Source: an uncultured Gemmatimonadales bacterium
Lineage (GTDB): Bacteria > Gemmatimonadota > Gemmatimonadetes > Gemmatimonadales > GWC2-71-9
Length of the DNA: 64,000 bases
Direction of reading: 5' to 3'
Assembly (NCBI GenBank): GCA_963821525.1
Contig: CAWGED010000019.1
Location: 96,001-160,000 of the forward strand
Positions 9,826-22,435 of this stretch are shown here, one piece after another (within the stretch, counting starts at the first letter, position 1; the number at the start of each line of letters is the position of its first letter). The position numbers and the translations under genes were made by a program. Below the pieces are notes generated by a model. The model was not told where the DNA came from. It did no database searches and saw nothing but the letters and a program-made list of their open reading frames with translations.

Positions 9826-10772
9826 CGACCCTGCTCCTCCGTTCAGCGAGGTACTTCTCGACCGCAATCGCGGCCGTCGTCGCGTCGCCTACGGCCGTCG
9901 TGATCTGACGGGTCAGCTGGACCCGCAGGTCCCCAGCCGCGAACAGACCCGGGATGGACGTCATCATCCGGTCGTCGGTGATGATGTAACCACCGGCATC
10001 GTGGGCGAAGTGCTCCTGAATCAGGGCCGAGTTGGGCCGGAATCCGATGAAGATGAAGCATCCCTGAGCGGCCAGCTCGGATCGCGCACCGGTGACGGTA
10101 TCCTCCAGGACCAGGTGCTTCAACCCGCTCACGTCACCAACCAGCTCCTCGACCTTGGTGTTCCAGATGACCTCGATCTTTGGATTGGCGAAGAGCCGCT
10201 CCTGCAGGATCTTCGAGGCACGAAACTCGTCCCGCCGGTGGATCAGATACACCTTGGCGGCATACCGGGTGAGGTAGTCGGCCTCTTCGACGGCCGCATC
10301 ACCACCGCCGACCACGGCGACCGTATCTCCCTTGAAGAAAGCCCCATCACAGACCGCACAATAGGAGACACCGCGTCCGGCGTACTCCATTTCACCGGGA
10401 ACTCCCAGCTTGGTAGGGGTGCCGCCGGCTGTCAGAATCACGGTCGGAGACCGGAAAGACGGTTCCTTCTTCGGTCTTCACCTCGAAATTGCCGTCCGGC
10501 TGGCGGTGAATGCCGATCACCGTCTCCTGGACGATGCTGGTTCCGAACTTTACCGCGTGGGCCGCCATCTTCTGGGCGAGGTCCCGGCCGAGGATCGATT
10601 CGAAACCGGGGTAGTCCTCGATCTTCTCCGTGTTGAGCAGCTCGCCGCCAGGCACCTTGCTCTCGAGGATGATGGCCTTGAGCATGCCCCGTCCCGCGTA
10701 CATTCCCGCGGTCAGGCCGGCAGGCCCGGCGCCAACGATGATGGTGTCGAATTCGAAGGAGCTCTGAGACAT
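9818..10772 (-). CDS. trxB: Thioredoxin-disulfide reductase; frameshift near 10445
   Basis: GAGPAGLTA, GVSYCAVCDG, GGGDAAVEE, FAAGD..RQITTAVGD. Confidence 0.95.
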
Positions 10773-10893
10773 TTTTGGTTTCCGTATCCTTGATCCCAAC
10801 CCGCAAAGTCCGCCACCCACCTAGAGTTACGGCTCCGGCGGCTGGTGGATCGCCCGCCGCCATAATGAAATATACAAATGCCGTGAAGCCCTC

Positions 10894-11622
10894 TCAGGCC
10901 GGGCCGAGGTGCAACAGGTTGATGGCACCATGGCATGCAGAAACGGTCCCAACCAGCAGATCGGTTTCCTCTCCCCCGCTCCCCGCTTCCGCCACAAAGC
11001 GGTCGCCAGCCACTACCTCGGATACCGCAAAGCTACCAACCGCGAAGACCTGATGCCGGCATTCGAACAGGATGGGCGCCGGCATGCGGAGCCGTACAGC
11101 CAGGTCCTCGATTGCTTCTCTCATCTCCCAGGTGCGGGGGCCCCGAATAACCGGGCAACGGCTCGGCTCGGTACAGTGGGTGGGACAAATCCAGTCGGCG
11201 AACGAAACGTATCTGACCAGGTCGGGCGAGGTGACGTCGTACGGCGTTCCCGGCCCCTCTGACAGCGCGCGGGATTCCACGACCCTGGTGGGCCACCGTT
11301 TCCGGGCCCGCCGCAGCAGCCACTGATACATGAGGTGAGGCATCAGTGGTGAGGGGACGATGACGCTCGGTGGACGGCTCGGCTCGGCGGCATCGCCAAG
11401 ATACGCGTCGAAGAAAGCGTCCCAATCCTTCACCACCAACTCACGGGTCGGGTCCCCAGCCAAATCGGGAGCCGCCTGGCATTCCGGGTTCCGATCCACG
11501 ACCAGAACCCGGCGGAACTCGACCTTGCCGCGTTTCCTCGCCTCGACGAGCTGGCGTGTATAGAAGGTTCCATAGCAGCCGCCGCCGACGATCACGATCT
11601 CGTCCAGCTGCAGCGCGTTCAC
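10894..11622 (-). CDS. Hypothetical protein with Rossmann-like N-terminus and Cys/His clusters
   Basis: IVIVGGGCYG, VVDR, CPTHCTEPSRCP, ECRH, SACHG; GTGA overlap with the upstream SDR. Confidence 0.75.
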   Translation of the reverse strand: MNALQLDEIVIVGGGCYGTFYTRQLVEARKRGKVEFRRVLVVDRNPECQAAPDLAGDPTRELVVKDWDAFFDAYLGDAAEPSRPPSVIVPSPLMPHLMYQWLLRRARKRWPTRVVESRALSEGPGTPYDVTSPDLVRYVSFADWICPTHCTEPSRCPVIRGPRTWEMREAIEDLAVRLRMPAPILFECRHQVFAVGSFAVSEVVAGDRFVAEAGSGGEETDLLVGTVSACHGAINLLHLGPA

Positions 11623-12350
11623 CGGAGCAGCCTTCCTCCATCCACCACCAGGGTTTGGCCGGTGACGTAGTCTCCGCCTTCCAGAAGATACAGTACGGCG
11701 GAGACGACGTCCTGCGGCGACCCGAGTCGCTTGAGGGGAGTGGTCGAGGCCAGGTGATCGAGAGCGTCCTTTCCCCAATCGTCGGGAGGGAGCACCGCGC
11801 CTGGAGCAATGGCGTTGACCGTGATGTCCGGGGCGAGGGAGCGGGCGAGCACCTTCGTCAGCATGACGACACCCGCCTTGCTCACACAGTGCGCCGAGTA
11901 CCGGGGCCAGGGCTCCAATCCACCGACATCGGCCAGGTTCACGACCTTGCCCCTCGCCGGCCTGAGCCAGGGCAGGGCTCCCTGCACCGTGAAGAAAGCG
12001 GAGCGAAGGTTGACCGCCATCGTCTCGTCCCACAGCGCCGCTGTAGTGTCTTCAACGGTAGCCGACTTCATGATGCCGGCGGAGTTGATGAGGATATCCA
12101 GACGACCGAAGCGCTTGGCTACCTGAGCGGGAAGCGCCTTCGCTGCTTCGGTGTTGGACAGGTCGGCCTGGAAGACCTCGGCCGTTCCCCCCGCAGAATG
12201 AATCTCCTTCTGCAGTTCTTCCGCGCCTTTCGCCGACTCGTTGTAGTGAATGGCCAGGACGGCGCCGCGCTCGGCCACACCTTTGGCGATGGCGCGCCCG
12301 ACCCGACGACCGCCTCCCGTTACCAGCGCGACTCGGCCTCGGAGTTCCAC
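11619..12350 (-). CDS. SDR oxidoreductase, pteridine reductase/FolM-like
   Basis: TGGGRRVG (Arg-containing Gly motif typical of pteridine reductases), LINSAG, HCVSK, VNAIAPG. Confidence 0.85.
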   Translation of the reverse strand: MELRGRVALVTGGGRRVGRAIAKGVAERGAVLAIHYNESAKGAEELQKEIHSAGGTAEVFQADLSNTEAAKALPAQVAKRFGRLDILINSAGIMKSATVEDTTAALWDETMAVNLRSAFFTVQGALPWLRPARGKVVNLADVGGLEPWPRYSAHCVSKAGVVMLTKVLARSLAPDITVNAIAPGAVLPPDDWGKDALDHLASTTPLKRLGSPQDVVSAVLYLLEGGDYVTGQTLVVDGGRLLR

Positions 12351-12352
12351 CC

Positions 12353-13078
12353 TCAGACTGGTCCGTTGGTGATGGGCAGGATGTGGCCGGTAATCCCCGA
12401 CGAGAGTGACCCAGCCAGGAAGAGGCAGGCGGATGTGATCTGATCAACCTCGACGTAATGGGTCTGTTCACCGAGGGCAGCCACGTTCTCGGGGGTGCGC
12501 ACGGTTCCGGGCGCAATGGCGTTCACCCGCACGCCGCGGGGCCACAGCTCAACCGCGAGACTCTGGGTCAGTCCAGCGACGCCGGCTTTCGCTGCGCTGT
12601 AGATCGCCATCTGATCTTTCGGGCTGTAGTAGGCGATCGAAGCAAAGTTGACGATGGCGCCTTTGCTGTCGCTCAGGGCTTCCGCTGCCGCGCGTGACAC
12701 GAGATAGGTGGTCTTGAGATTGATCGAGATCTCGCGATCGAAGGCGTCGACCCCGTATTTGGCGATCGGACCGTAGGTGGTGAGACCGCCGGCGACGTTG
12801 ATTACGGCATCGAGCCGGCCGTAGTGTTTGAGCGCGGTCTCCACGGTCAGGGCGGCGACATCCGGCTCGGTCAAATCTCCCGCGGCCGGCTTTGCCTCGA
12901 TGCCTTGGGCCGCGAACTCCTTCACCCGTTCGGCGAGGCCGACGGCATTGCGATCGGTCGCGACCAGCCGCGCGCCCGCTTTTCCAAAGGCCTGTGCTAC
13001 CGAATGGCCGATCTGGCCGGAGCGACCAACCCCGGTGACCAGCACGACCTTCCCGTCATATCCCCAGCTCACGCCCAT
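12353..13078 (-). CDS. SDR family oxidoreductase
   Basis: TGVGRSGQIG, NVAGG, YSAAK, VNAIAPG. Confidence 0.9.
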   Translation of the reverse strand: MGVSWGYDGKVVLVTGVGRSGQIGHSVAQAFGKAGARLVATDRNAVGLAERVKEFAAQGIEAKPAAGDLTEPDVAALTVETALKHYGRLDAVINVAGGLTTYGPIAKYGVDAFDREISINLKTTYLVSRAAAEALSDSKGAIVNFASIAYYSPKDQMAIYSAAKAGVAGLTQSLAVELWPRGVRVNAIAPGTVRTPENVAALGEQTHYVEVDQITSACLFLAGSLSSGITGHILPITNGPV

Positions 13079-13956
13079 GCCTGCTCCGCGGAGGAATGGT
13101 GAATCCGTTCGACGTCTCTTGCTGCTTCCAGTCGTTCCAGCCATTCGAAGGGTACCGCCTGTGAACCAAGGGCTGCATACGGTGATGGCGTGGCGTTGTC
13201 GCCATGCCAGTCACTGCCGCCGGTGCGGAGGAGTCCCAGCTCACCGGCGAGATCGGTGAGGCGGGCGCGAGTGTCCGGATCGTGGCTGGGGTGCCGAGTC
13301 TCCACCGCATCCAATCCCTGCTCCTTCAGCCCGGAAAGAACAGTCTTGGTACCGCGGTCCTTGAGATGGGCGGCGGAGACCAGCCCGCCGACCGCATGGA
13401 CCAGCGCCGCCACCTCGGAGAAGGTCGGCAGCCGCTTGGCGACGTAGCCGGGGCGCGCCCAGCCCACGTATCGATCGAAGGCATCGTTCAGGTTGGCGGC
13501 GTGACCCAGCCGCACCAGGGCACGCGCGACGTGCGGCCTTCCGATCACGCCAGTCCCCGCCTCGACGAGGACATCGTCGATCTGAAGAGTGAGACCGATC
13601 CCCTGCAGCTTCGCGACCATATCGCGGCCCCGTTGCAGTCGATCGGTCTGCCGCTCGCGGAGAAACACCTGGAGCTTGGGATCGTCGAGCGGAAGGAAAT
13701 ACCCCAGGACGTGCATCTCGCCCCAGGTCGCTGAAACCGAGAACTCACACCCGCTGATCACGCGCACTCCCTGCTCCGCTCCCGCGGCGATCGCGGGCGG
13801 AACACCGTCGAGGGTGTCGTGATCGGTCAGCGCAATCGCAGACAGGCCGGCAGCTTTAGCGCGCGCAACGACATCTTCAGGAGCGAGCTCGCCGTCCGAC
13901 GCGGTCGAGTGCAGGTGCAGATCGACCGTCCTGCTGGAAACTGGTTCTGCGGTCAG
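13069..13956 (-). CDS. PHP domain phosphoesterase (YciV/TrpH-like); start approximate
   Basis: DLHLHSTASDG, ALTDHDT, GRPHVA, TGGSDWHG. Confidence 0.92.
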   Translation of the reverse strand: MTAEPVSSRTVDLHLHSTASDGELAPEDVVARAKAAGLSAIALTDHDTLDGVPPAIAAGAEQGVRVISGCEFSVSATWGEMHVLGYFLPLDDPKLQVFLRERQTDRLQRGRDMVAKLQGIGLTLQIDDVLVEAGTGVIGRPHVARALVRLGHAANLNDAFDRYVGWARPGYVAKRLPTFSEVAALVHAVGGLVSAAHLKDRGTKTVLSGLKEQGLDAVETRHPSHDPDTRARLTDLAGELGLLRTGGSDWHGDNATPSPYAALGSQAVPFEWLERLEAARDVERIHHSSAEQAWA

Positions 13957-14219
13957 GCGTTGTACCCCGTCTCTGGTGCGGTCCAGCCCGGCTGGGAACG
14001 GTTCCACAATTCTTTCAGCTGATGTTCCGAAAGCTCATCGAAGGAAGCTTCAGGAATCCGGGAGCCGAGTGGGGAATAGCGCACCACGCGGTGCTCGGGC
14101 GGACCACCAGTGACCCGCTTGAAGACCAGGCCGAACTCGTCGCGCCCGTATTGCGTAACCTTGCCGCTCGGCGTGACTTCCCAACCAGCGCCCTCAATCA
14201 CGATCAAACGTCCCGGCAT
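13953..14219 (-). CDS. Hypothetical protein
   Basis: MPGRLIVIEGAGWEVTPSG.. preceded by GAGGA; fills the gap in a co-oriented operon. Confidence 0.7.
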   Translation of the reverse strand: MPGRLIVIEGAGWEVTPSGKVTQYGRDEFGLVFKRVTGGPPEHRVVRYSPLGSRIPEASFDELSEHQLKELWNRSQPGWTAPETGYNA

Positions 14220-14226
14220 GTCTTCC

Positions 14227-14574
14227 TCAGGTTTCGGATTCGGAGTCCGGGCTCCAGCCCTCCGCGTCGAGCGGCTGCGAGGCGGCCACTTCCTCCCATA
14301 ATTCCCACGCATCGGAGGAGTAGGTGGCCAAGGTGCGAAGCTTGTCCTCCAGCTTCAGCTCATCTGCGGTGCGGGAGGCGCGAGCCCGGTGCGAGGCCCG
14401 GCTGGGACTCTCGCTGAACTCAATGTAGGTGTGAGGCTTCGAGCTGTTACGGAAGACCCAGATGCGCTGGCTCCGCGATGCGCCGAGCGCCGCGAGCGCC
14501 TGGACGGTCGCGAGATATTCCCGCTCCTGTTCGGGGCGCACCGTGACGCGGGAAACCGTCAGAATCCGGCCCAT
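14227..14574 (-). CDS. Hypothetical protein, possibly dimeric alpha-beta barrel (ABM-like)
   Basis: ILTVSRVTVRPEQEREYL...WVFRN...YIEFSE pattern; abuts the E2 stop. Confidence 0.7.
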   Translation of the reverse strand: MGRILTVSRVTVRPEQEREYLATVQALAALGASRSQRIWVFRNSSKPHTYIEFSESPSRASHRARASRTADELKLEDKLRTLATYSSDAWELWEEVAASQPLDAEGWSPDSESET

Positions 14575-14575
14575 G

Positions 14576-15955
14576 TTACGCCGCGTCCTCGGAGAAGTTC
14601 TCCAGGCTGCGCTTCAGATCCGCCAGGAACCTGTCCGCATCGGCACCGTCCACGATCCGATGGTCGTAGGCCATCGTCAGCATGCCCTTGGTGCGAATGC
14701 CGAGGGAGTCGGTGCCGTCAGGGAGAGTCACCACCGATGGCCGCTTCTCGATGGCGCCGACGCCGAGGATCGCGACCTGCGGCTGATTGATGATCGGCGT
14801 ACCGGCATAGGAGCCGAACCCGCCGGGATTGGTGATGGTGAAGGTGCCCCGCTGCACGTCGTCGGGATTGAGCTTCTTGGTCCGCGCCCGTTCTCCCAGC
14901 TCGTTGATGGCGCGCGCGATGCCCAGGAGCGAGAGCTCGTCGGCGTGCTTGATGACCGGGACGATGAGACCCCAATCCAGCGCCACCGCGATGCCGATGT
15001 TGATGTCGCGCCGGAAAATCGTGGTCTCGTTGGACACGGCGGAGTTGACCACCGGGTGCTTGCGGAGATTCTCGGCCACCGCCTTGGTGATGAAGGCCAG
15101 GAAGGTCAGGTTCACCCCGCGCTCGGCATACTCCTTCTTCTTCTTGGCCCGGATCTGTCCGACCCGCGTGAAGTCGACCTCGAAGAGACTGTTGACGTGG
15201 GCGGAGACGCGCCGCGACATGACCATGTGGTCGGCGGTGAGCTTGCGGATCGGGCTCCACGGCTCCACCCGGTCGCCTTCCCACGGCTCCACGACCGGGC
15301 GCCGGTGGGGGCCGCGGCGGCGGCCGCAGCCGGCGCGGGAGCTGTGGCGGCGACACGCTGCGGAGCGCGGCGCCCCTGACTCGATGAAGCCGAGGATGTC
15401 TTCCTTGGTGACGCGGCCGGCGTGTCCGGTACCCGTAACCGCAGCGATATCGATGTTGTGCTCGGCTGCGATCTTCCGGACCAGCGGAGTGGACTTCCGC
15501 CGCAACCGATCCTCCGCCGTCTCGGGGCCGTTGCCGGTAGCCGGGGGGGCCGGAGGAACGGGACGCGGAGGGGACGGGGCGGACGGGGCGGGCATGGCGG
15601 GCGGGGCGGACGGGGCGGGTGGCGGCGGGCGGGCTGCAGCGGCGGCAGACTCGAGCGGCGACCGACTCGACCGCCTTGACCGACTCGTCCGCCTTGGCGG
15701 CGGTTGCCGCTCCCTTCTCGGTCTCAATTCGCGCGACAACCGTCTGCACCGGAACCGTCTGGCCCTCGTGACCAGGATCTCGGCCAGAACACCCGCACCC
15801 GGGGCAGGAATCTCCGCATCCACCTTGTCGGTGGAGATCTCGAAGATCGGCTCGTCGCGCTTGACCTCTTCCCCCACCTTCTTCATCCAGCGGGAGAGAG
15901 TGCCCTCGGCGATGGATTCGCCCATCTGGGGCATGATGACGTCGATCTTGGCCAT
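14576..15955 (-). CDS. 2-oxoacid dehydrogenase E2 (dihydrolipoamide acyltransferase), internal frameshifts
   Basis: Lipoyl EISTDKVDAE, E3-binding TPLVRKIA..GTGHAGRVTKEDI, catalytic YDHRIVDG. Confidence 0.95.
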   Translation of the reverse strand: MAKIDVIMPQMGESIAEGTLSRWMKKVGEEVKRDEPIFEISTDKVDAEIPAPGAGVLAEILVTRARRFRCRRLSRELRPRRERQPPPRRTSRSRRSSRSPLESAAAAARPPPPAPSAPPAMPAPSAPSPPRPVPPAPPATGNGPETAEDRLRRKSTPLVRKIAAEHNIDIAAVTGTGHAGRVTKEDILGFIESGAPRSAACRRHSSRAGCGRRRGPHRRPVVEPWEGDRVEPWSPIRKLTADHMVMSRRVSAHVNSLFEVDFTRVGQIRAKKKKEYAERGVNLTFLAFITKAVAENLRKHPVVNSAVSNETTIFRRDINIGIAVALDWGLIVPVIKHADELSLLGIARAINELGERARTKKLNPDDVQRGTFTITNPGGFGSYAGTPIINQPQVAILGVGAIEKRPSVVTLPDGTDSLGIRTKGMLTMAYDHRIVDGADADRFLADLKRSLENFSEDAA

Positions 15956-15984
15956 GAGTCGATCTCCGAGCGTCCGGTACTGAA

Positions 15985-16058
15985 GCTGTTAGCGGTTAGC
16001 TGCTTCGCTGTTAAGTAACCGTAGTCGCTAATAGCTAACAGCTAATAGCTAATAGCCA
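15985..16058. repeat. Inverted pair of (GTTAGCG/GTTAGCT) vs (GCTAATA/GCTAACA) heptamer arrays
   Basis: gctgttagcggttagctg ... gctaatagctaacagctaatagctaatagcc. Confidence 0.8.
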
Positions 16059-16064
16059 CTCCCC

Positions 16065-17048
16065 CTAGTATCTCGCCAGCCACCTGCACGCCGCCACCAG
16101 ATCGTCCGCCTGGGGCAGCACGAAATCTTCCAGAGTCGGCGCATAAGGCAACGGGACGTCGTGGGCGCAGACCCGGCGGACCGGCGCGTCGAGCCACTCG
16201 AACGCCAGCTCGTTGATGCGGGCCGTGATCTCTCCCGCGACCCCGCCGGTCCTGGTGTCCTCGTGGGCGATCAGCACCCGGTTGGTCTTCTTCACCGTGG
16301 CCAGCGATCGCCTCGTCGTCCATCGGGAGGAGGGACCGCAGGTCGAGCACTTCGACCTCGAGCCCGTCCTCCCGTTCCAGCCGCTCGGCGGCCTCCAGCG
16401 CCTTGAACACCATGGCCGACCAGGTAATGATCGAAAGATGCTTCCCTTCCCTCGCGATGCCGCGCCTGGCCGATCGGGGTCAGGATCTCCTCACCCCGGG
16501 CAGCTCTTCCTTGATGCGCCGGTAGAGATACTTGTGCTCGAAGTAGAGAACCGGATCGTCGTCCCGGATCGCGGACTTGATCAGGCCCTTGGCATCCCGC
16601 GCCGTGGCGGGGCACACGATCTTGAGTCCGGGGGTGTGCAGAAAGGCGGCTTCCGGATTCTGGGAGTGGAACGGTCCTCCCCGCACGTAACCGCCCGACG
16701 GGCCCCGCACGACGATGGGCGTCGCGAGATTGGCGCGGTAGCGAGCGGTGGCAACGTAGTTGGTGAGCATGTCGTAGGCGCACGAGATGAAGTCGATGAA
16801 CTGCATCTCGCACACCGGCCGCATCCCCATGTGGGCGGCGCCCGCGGCGGCACCCACGATGGCCGCCTCGGAGATCGGCGTGTCGATCACCCGCCCCGCG
16901 CCGAACCGGGCCTGAAACCCTTCGGTCACCTTGAAGGCGCCCGCCGTAGGCGCCGACGTCCTCGCCGAGGATGAAGACCCGCTCGTCGCCGCTCCATCTC
17001 CTCCCGGAGCCCCTGGCGGAGCGCCTCGAGATAGGTCACTTCAGCCAT
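16065..17048 (-). CDS. 2-oxoacid dehydrogenase E1 beta subunit, several frameshifts
   Basis: [52 protein letters not shown] across fragments. Confidence 0.92.
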
Positions 17049-18100
17049 CGAGTCCTCCGGTACCAGTGCGGTTCGAGCGCGGAAGTCCTGGTAGACGTCA
17101 CGTCAAGGCGGTGGAGGCATCGGGCAGCGGTTCGTTTTCGCAGAGCCGCGATCGCCGCGTCGAGCTCCTTCTCGATTCTCCCGTCGATCTCCCGGAGCTC
17201 GTCGGGCGACGCCCAGCCGCTGTCGGTGAGCCGCCGGACATAGCGGTCGATCGGGTCGTTCCGTTCCCAGGCCTCGATCTCTCCGTTCGGCACGTAGGAC
17301 TGGTTGTCGTGTTCCGCGTGGCCCTTGCGGCGATAGGTCATCAGCTCGATCAGGGTGACGCCCTCCCGGCCCGGGCGCGGTCCACCGCGGTCGGTGTCAC
17401 CTGGTACACCTCGAGCACGTCGTTTCCGTCCGCCGTGACTCCGGGAATGCCGTAGGCGGCGGCCTCGATCGGCCAGGCTCTTCACCGCCGTCTGGATCCC
17501 GCATCGGCGTGCTGTACGCATAGCCGTTGTTCTCGCTGACGACCACCAGCGGCAGCCGCTGCACCGCGGCGAAGTTGATCCCCTCGTGGAAGGTGCCGGT
17601 GCTCATCGCGCCGTCTCCGACGTAGACCAGACCGACGCGCGGCTGCTTCGTCATCTTGAACGGCAACGCCACGCCCGCCATGACCGGGACCATGTCGCCC
17701 AGATGGGAAATCTGCCCGATGAAGCCGCGGGTCGAGATCATCGAAATGGATGTTCAGCTCGCGGCCGCGCGGTGGGGCTCTGAGCCTTGGCCATGTACTG
17801 CCGGAGGACCTCGAGCGGGGTGGCGCCCTGCACCAGCATCGAGCCAAGGTTGCGGATGAGCGGGGAGAGGATGTCGCCCCTTGCGCGGTCGAGGGCGTAG
17901 GCGCTGCCGACGCGTCGGCCTCCTGGCCGAGCGAGCGGAACAGGCCCCCGATCACCTTGGTCTGGCGATAGAGATTGACCAGCCGCTCCTCGAGCGACCG
18001 GGTGAGCCGCATCTAGTAGTAGAGCTCGTGCAACTGGGCACGGGTCAGACCCGAGATCACGGCCTGGGGTTGAGCGGCGGGGAGGAGCGGATGGCAGGAC
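17041..18100 (-). CDS. 2-oxoacid dehydrogenase E1 alpha subunit (TPP-binding), frameshifts and one in-frame TAG; start approximate
   Basis: [52 protein letters not shown]. Confidence 0.9.
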
Positions 18101-18156
18101 ATGCTTGGCTGTAACATATTGCTCCGACACTAGAGCGGAAAGGCTTGCGCCGGCCA

Positions 18157-18198
18157 TAAGCCGCTAAGCGAGTCGCTTAAGGCGTTAGTGCGCTTAGA
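18157..18198. repeat. Short degenerate heptamer inverted array (CGCTAAG/CTTAG)
   Basis: taagccgctaagcgagtcgcttaaggcgttagtgcgcttag. Confidence 0.45.
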
Positions 18199-18237
18199 CT
18201 CCGGCCTGCCGGCCCGCTGCCCTCCACCGAGCGACGA

Positions 18238-20690
<2,453 letters not shown>

Positions 20691-20810
20691 CGGGGTCTCC
20701 TCAGGGTTGTTCGACAAAAGGCCGCGGACGAACGGGGCTCTGCAAGGATGATCGCCTGCCGGATCGCCCCCGCGTCCACCCTCGTACATCCGCGGTCTGT
20801 AGTGCTCGGC

Positions 20811-21101
20811 TCAGTAGGCCCCCCGCGGCTCGTGCGCGGGATCGGCCATGGTGTGCACCACGGTGAGGAAGCGCTTGGCCAGTTTGTCGGCTTCACTTTC
20901 ACCGGGTTGGTTGGTCTCGACCGTGACCAGCGTGTAGTGCCCGCCCTCCATCTGGACGCTTACCCCGATCTGCCCCACTGATCCGGAGAACCGGCGACTG
21001 CGCTGGGCCTGATCGGTCGGGGCCAGCCGCGGGCCGAAGAACGCGGTCGCCCGCGCCATGACCTGATCGGGGGGGAGATGCGTGCGATGGAAGTACTGCA
21101 T
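20811..21101 (-). CDS. Hypothetical protein (96 aa), translationally coupled to ino1
   Basis: MQYFHRTHL..; TGATG overlap at 21099-21103. Confidence 0.7.
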   Translation of the reverse strand: MQYFHRTHLPPDQVMARATAFFGPRLAPTDQAQRSRRFSGSVGQIGVSVQMEGGHYTLVTVETNQPGESEADKLAKRFLTVVHTMADPAHEPRGAY

Positions 21102-22435
21102 CACTTCTCTCCGTACTCGTAGTACTCGACGCCCAGGTGCGAGATCACCGGCTCGCCCACCATCCAGCGCAGCGTGTTCTTGAGCTTGGTGAGCTGGATG
21201 AAGAGATCGTGCTCCGGATACAGTCCGGGTGCCGCCTGCGGGCTCTTGAAGTAGAAGGAGAGCCATTCCTGGATCCCGGAGAGACCGGCACGCTGGGCCA
21301 GGTCGAAGAAGATGGCGAGGTCCAGGACCAGCGGGGCCGCGAGAATGGAATCGCGGCAGAGGAAGTCAACCTTGATCTGCATCGGGTAGCCCAGCCACCC
21401 GAAGATATCAATGTTGTCCCACCCTTCTTTGTTGTCTCCACGGGGCGGGTAGTAGTTGATCCGCACCTTGTGGTACATGTTGGCGTAGAGCTCCGGGTAC
21501 ACCTGCGGCTGCAGGATGTACTCCAGCACGCCGAGCTTCGACTCTTCCTTGGTCTTGAAGCTCTCCGGATCGTCCAGCACTTCGCCGTCGCGGTTGCCCA
21601 GGATGTTCGTCGAGTACCAGCCCGCCACGCCGAGCATCCGCGCCTTGAACATCGGCGAGAGCACGGTCTTGAGCATGGTCTGGCCGGTCTTGAAGTCCTT
21701 CCCGCCGATCGGGACGTGCTTCTCCTTGGCCAGGTTCTCGAGGGCCGGGAAGTCGCACGAAAGATTCGGGGCGCCGTTGGCGAAGGGCACGCCCTCCATG
21801 ACGGCGGCATAGGCGTACAGCATCGACGGCGCGATGGTGGGATCGTTCGCCTCCATCGCCTTCTCGAACGCCGCCAGCGACTCGTGGGCCGGTCCCGGGA
21901 CGATGAAAATCTCGGTCGAGGCGCACCAGACCATCACCAGCCGGTCACACTTGTTCTTCGCCTTGAAGTCGCGGATGTCCTTCCGCAGTGCCTCGGCCAG
22001 CTCCTTCTTGTTCTTGCCGCTCTTTACGTTCTTGCCCTCGAGCCGCTTCACATAGTACTGGTCGAAGACGGCAGGCATCGGCTTGACGCCCTGCAGGAAG
22101 TCCTTGATCGGCTCCACGTGCTCATGTTTGTCGAGCACGCCGCAATGGAGGCAGGACTCGTACGCGTTGTCGGGAACCGGATCCCAGGCGCCGAAGACGA
22201 GGTCTTCCAGACGCGCGAGGGAGACGAAGTCCTTGATGAGGGGAGACCGGTGCTCGGTCCGCTTGCCGAGCCGGATGGTGCCCATCTGGGTCAGCGAGCC
22301 GAACGGCTTCCCCTTGCCGCGGCGGGCCAGCTCGACGCCGGCGATGAACGTCGTGGCGACAGCGCCCAGGCCCACACAGAGGACTCCAAGAGTGCCCTTG
22401 GCAGGCGCGATCGGCCGGGAGGTTGGAGTCGCCAC
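21101..22435 (-). CDS. ino1: myo-inositol-1-phosphate synthase
   Basis: GLGAVATT, WCASTE, GKDFKTGQT, STNILGNRDG, GDNKEGWD, CRDSILAAPL. Confidence 0.96.
   Translation of the reverse strand: MATPTSRPIAPAKGTLGVLCVGLGAVATTFIAGVELARRGKGKPFGSLTQMGTIRLGKRTEHRSPLIKDFVSLARLEDLVFGAWDPVPDNAYESCLHCGVLDKHEHVEPIKDFLQGVKPMPAVFDQYYVKRLEGKNVKSGKNKKELAEALRKDIRDFKAKNKCDRLVMVWCASTEIFIVPGPAHESLAAFEKAMEANDPTIAPSMLYAYAAVMEGVPFANGAPNLSCDFPALENLAKEKHVPIGGKDFKTGQTMLKTVLSPMFKARMLGVAGWYSTNILGNRDGEVLDDPESFKTKEESKLGVLEYILQPQVYPELYANMYHKVRINYYPPRGDNKEGWDNIDIFGWLGYPMQIKVDFLCRDSILAAPLVLDLAIFFDLAQRAGLSGIQEWLSFYFKSPQAAPGLYPEHDLFIQLTKLKNTLRWMVGEPVISHLGVEYYEYGEK

Noticed and set aside
15530..15650. G-rich and Pro/Gly tracts (also 32440-32570) as G-quadruplex or repeat elements
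   Set aside because: Explained by the Pro/Ala linker of E2 and the Gly-rich linker of the TonB-like protein.
18013..18015. In-frame TAG in E1 alpha (LYY*MRLTR) as pyrrolysine or stop recoding
   Set aside because: A single case in the most error-rich stretch, one base from TGG. TAG ends many other genes here and no pyl genes are present.
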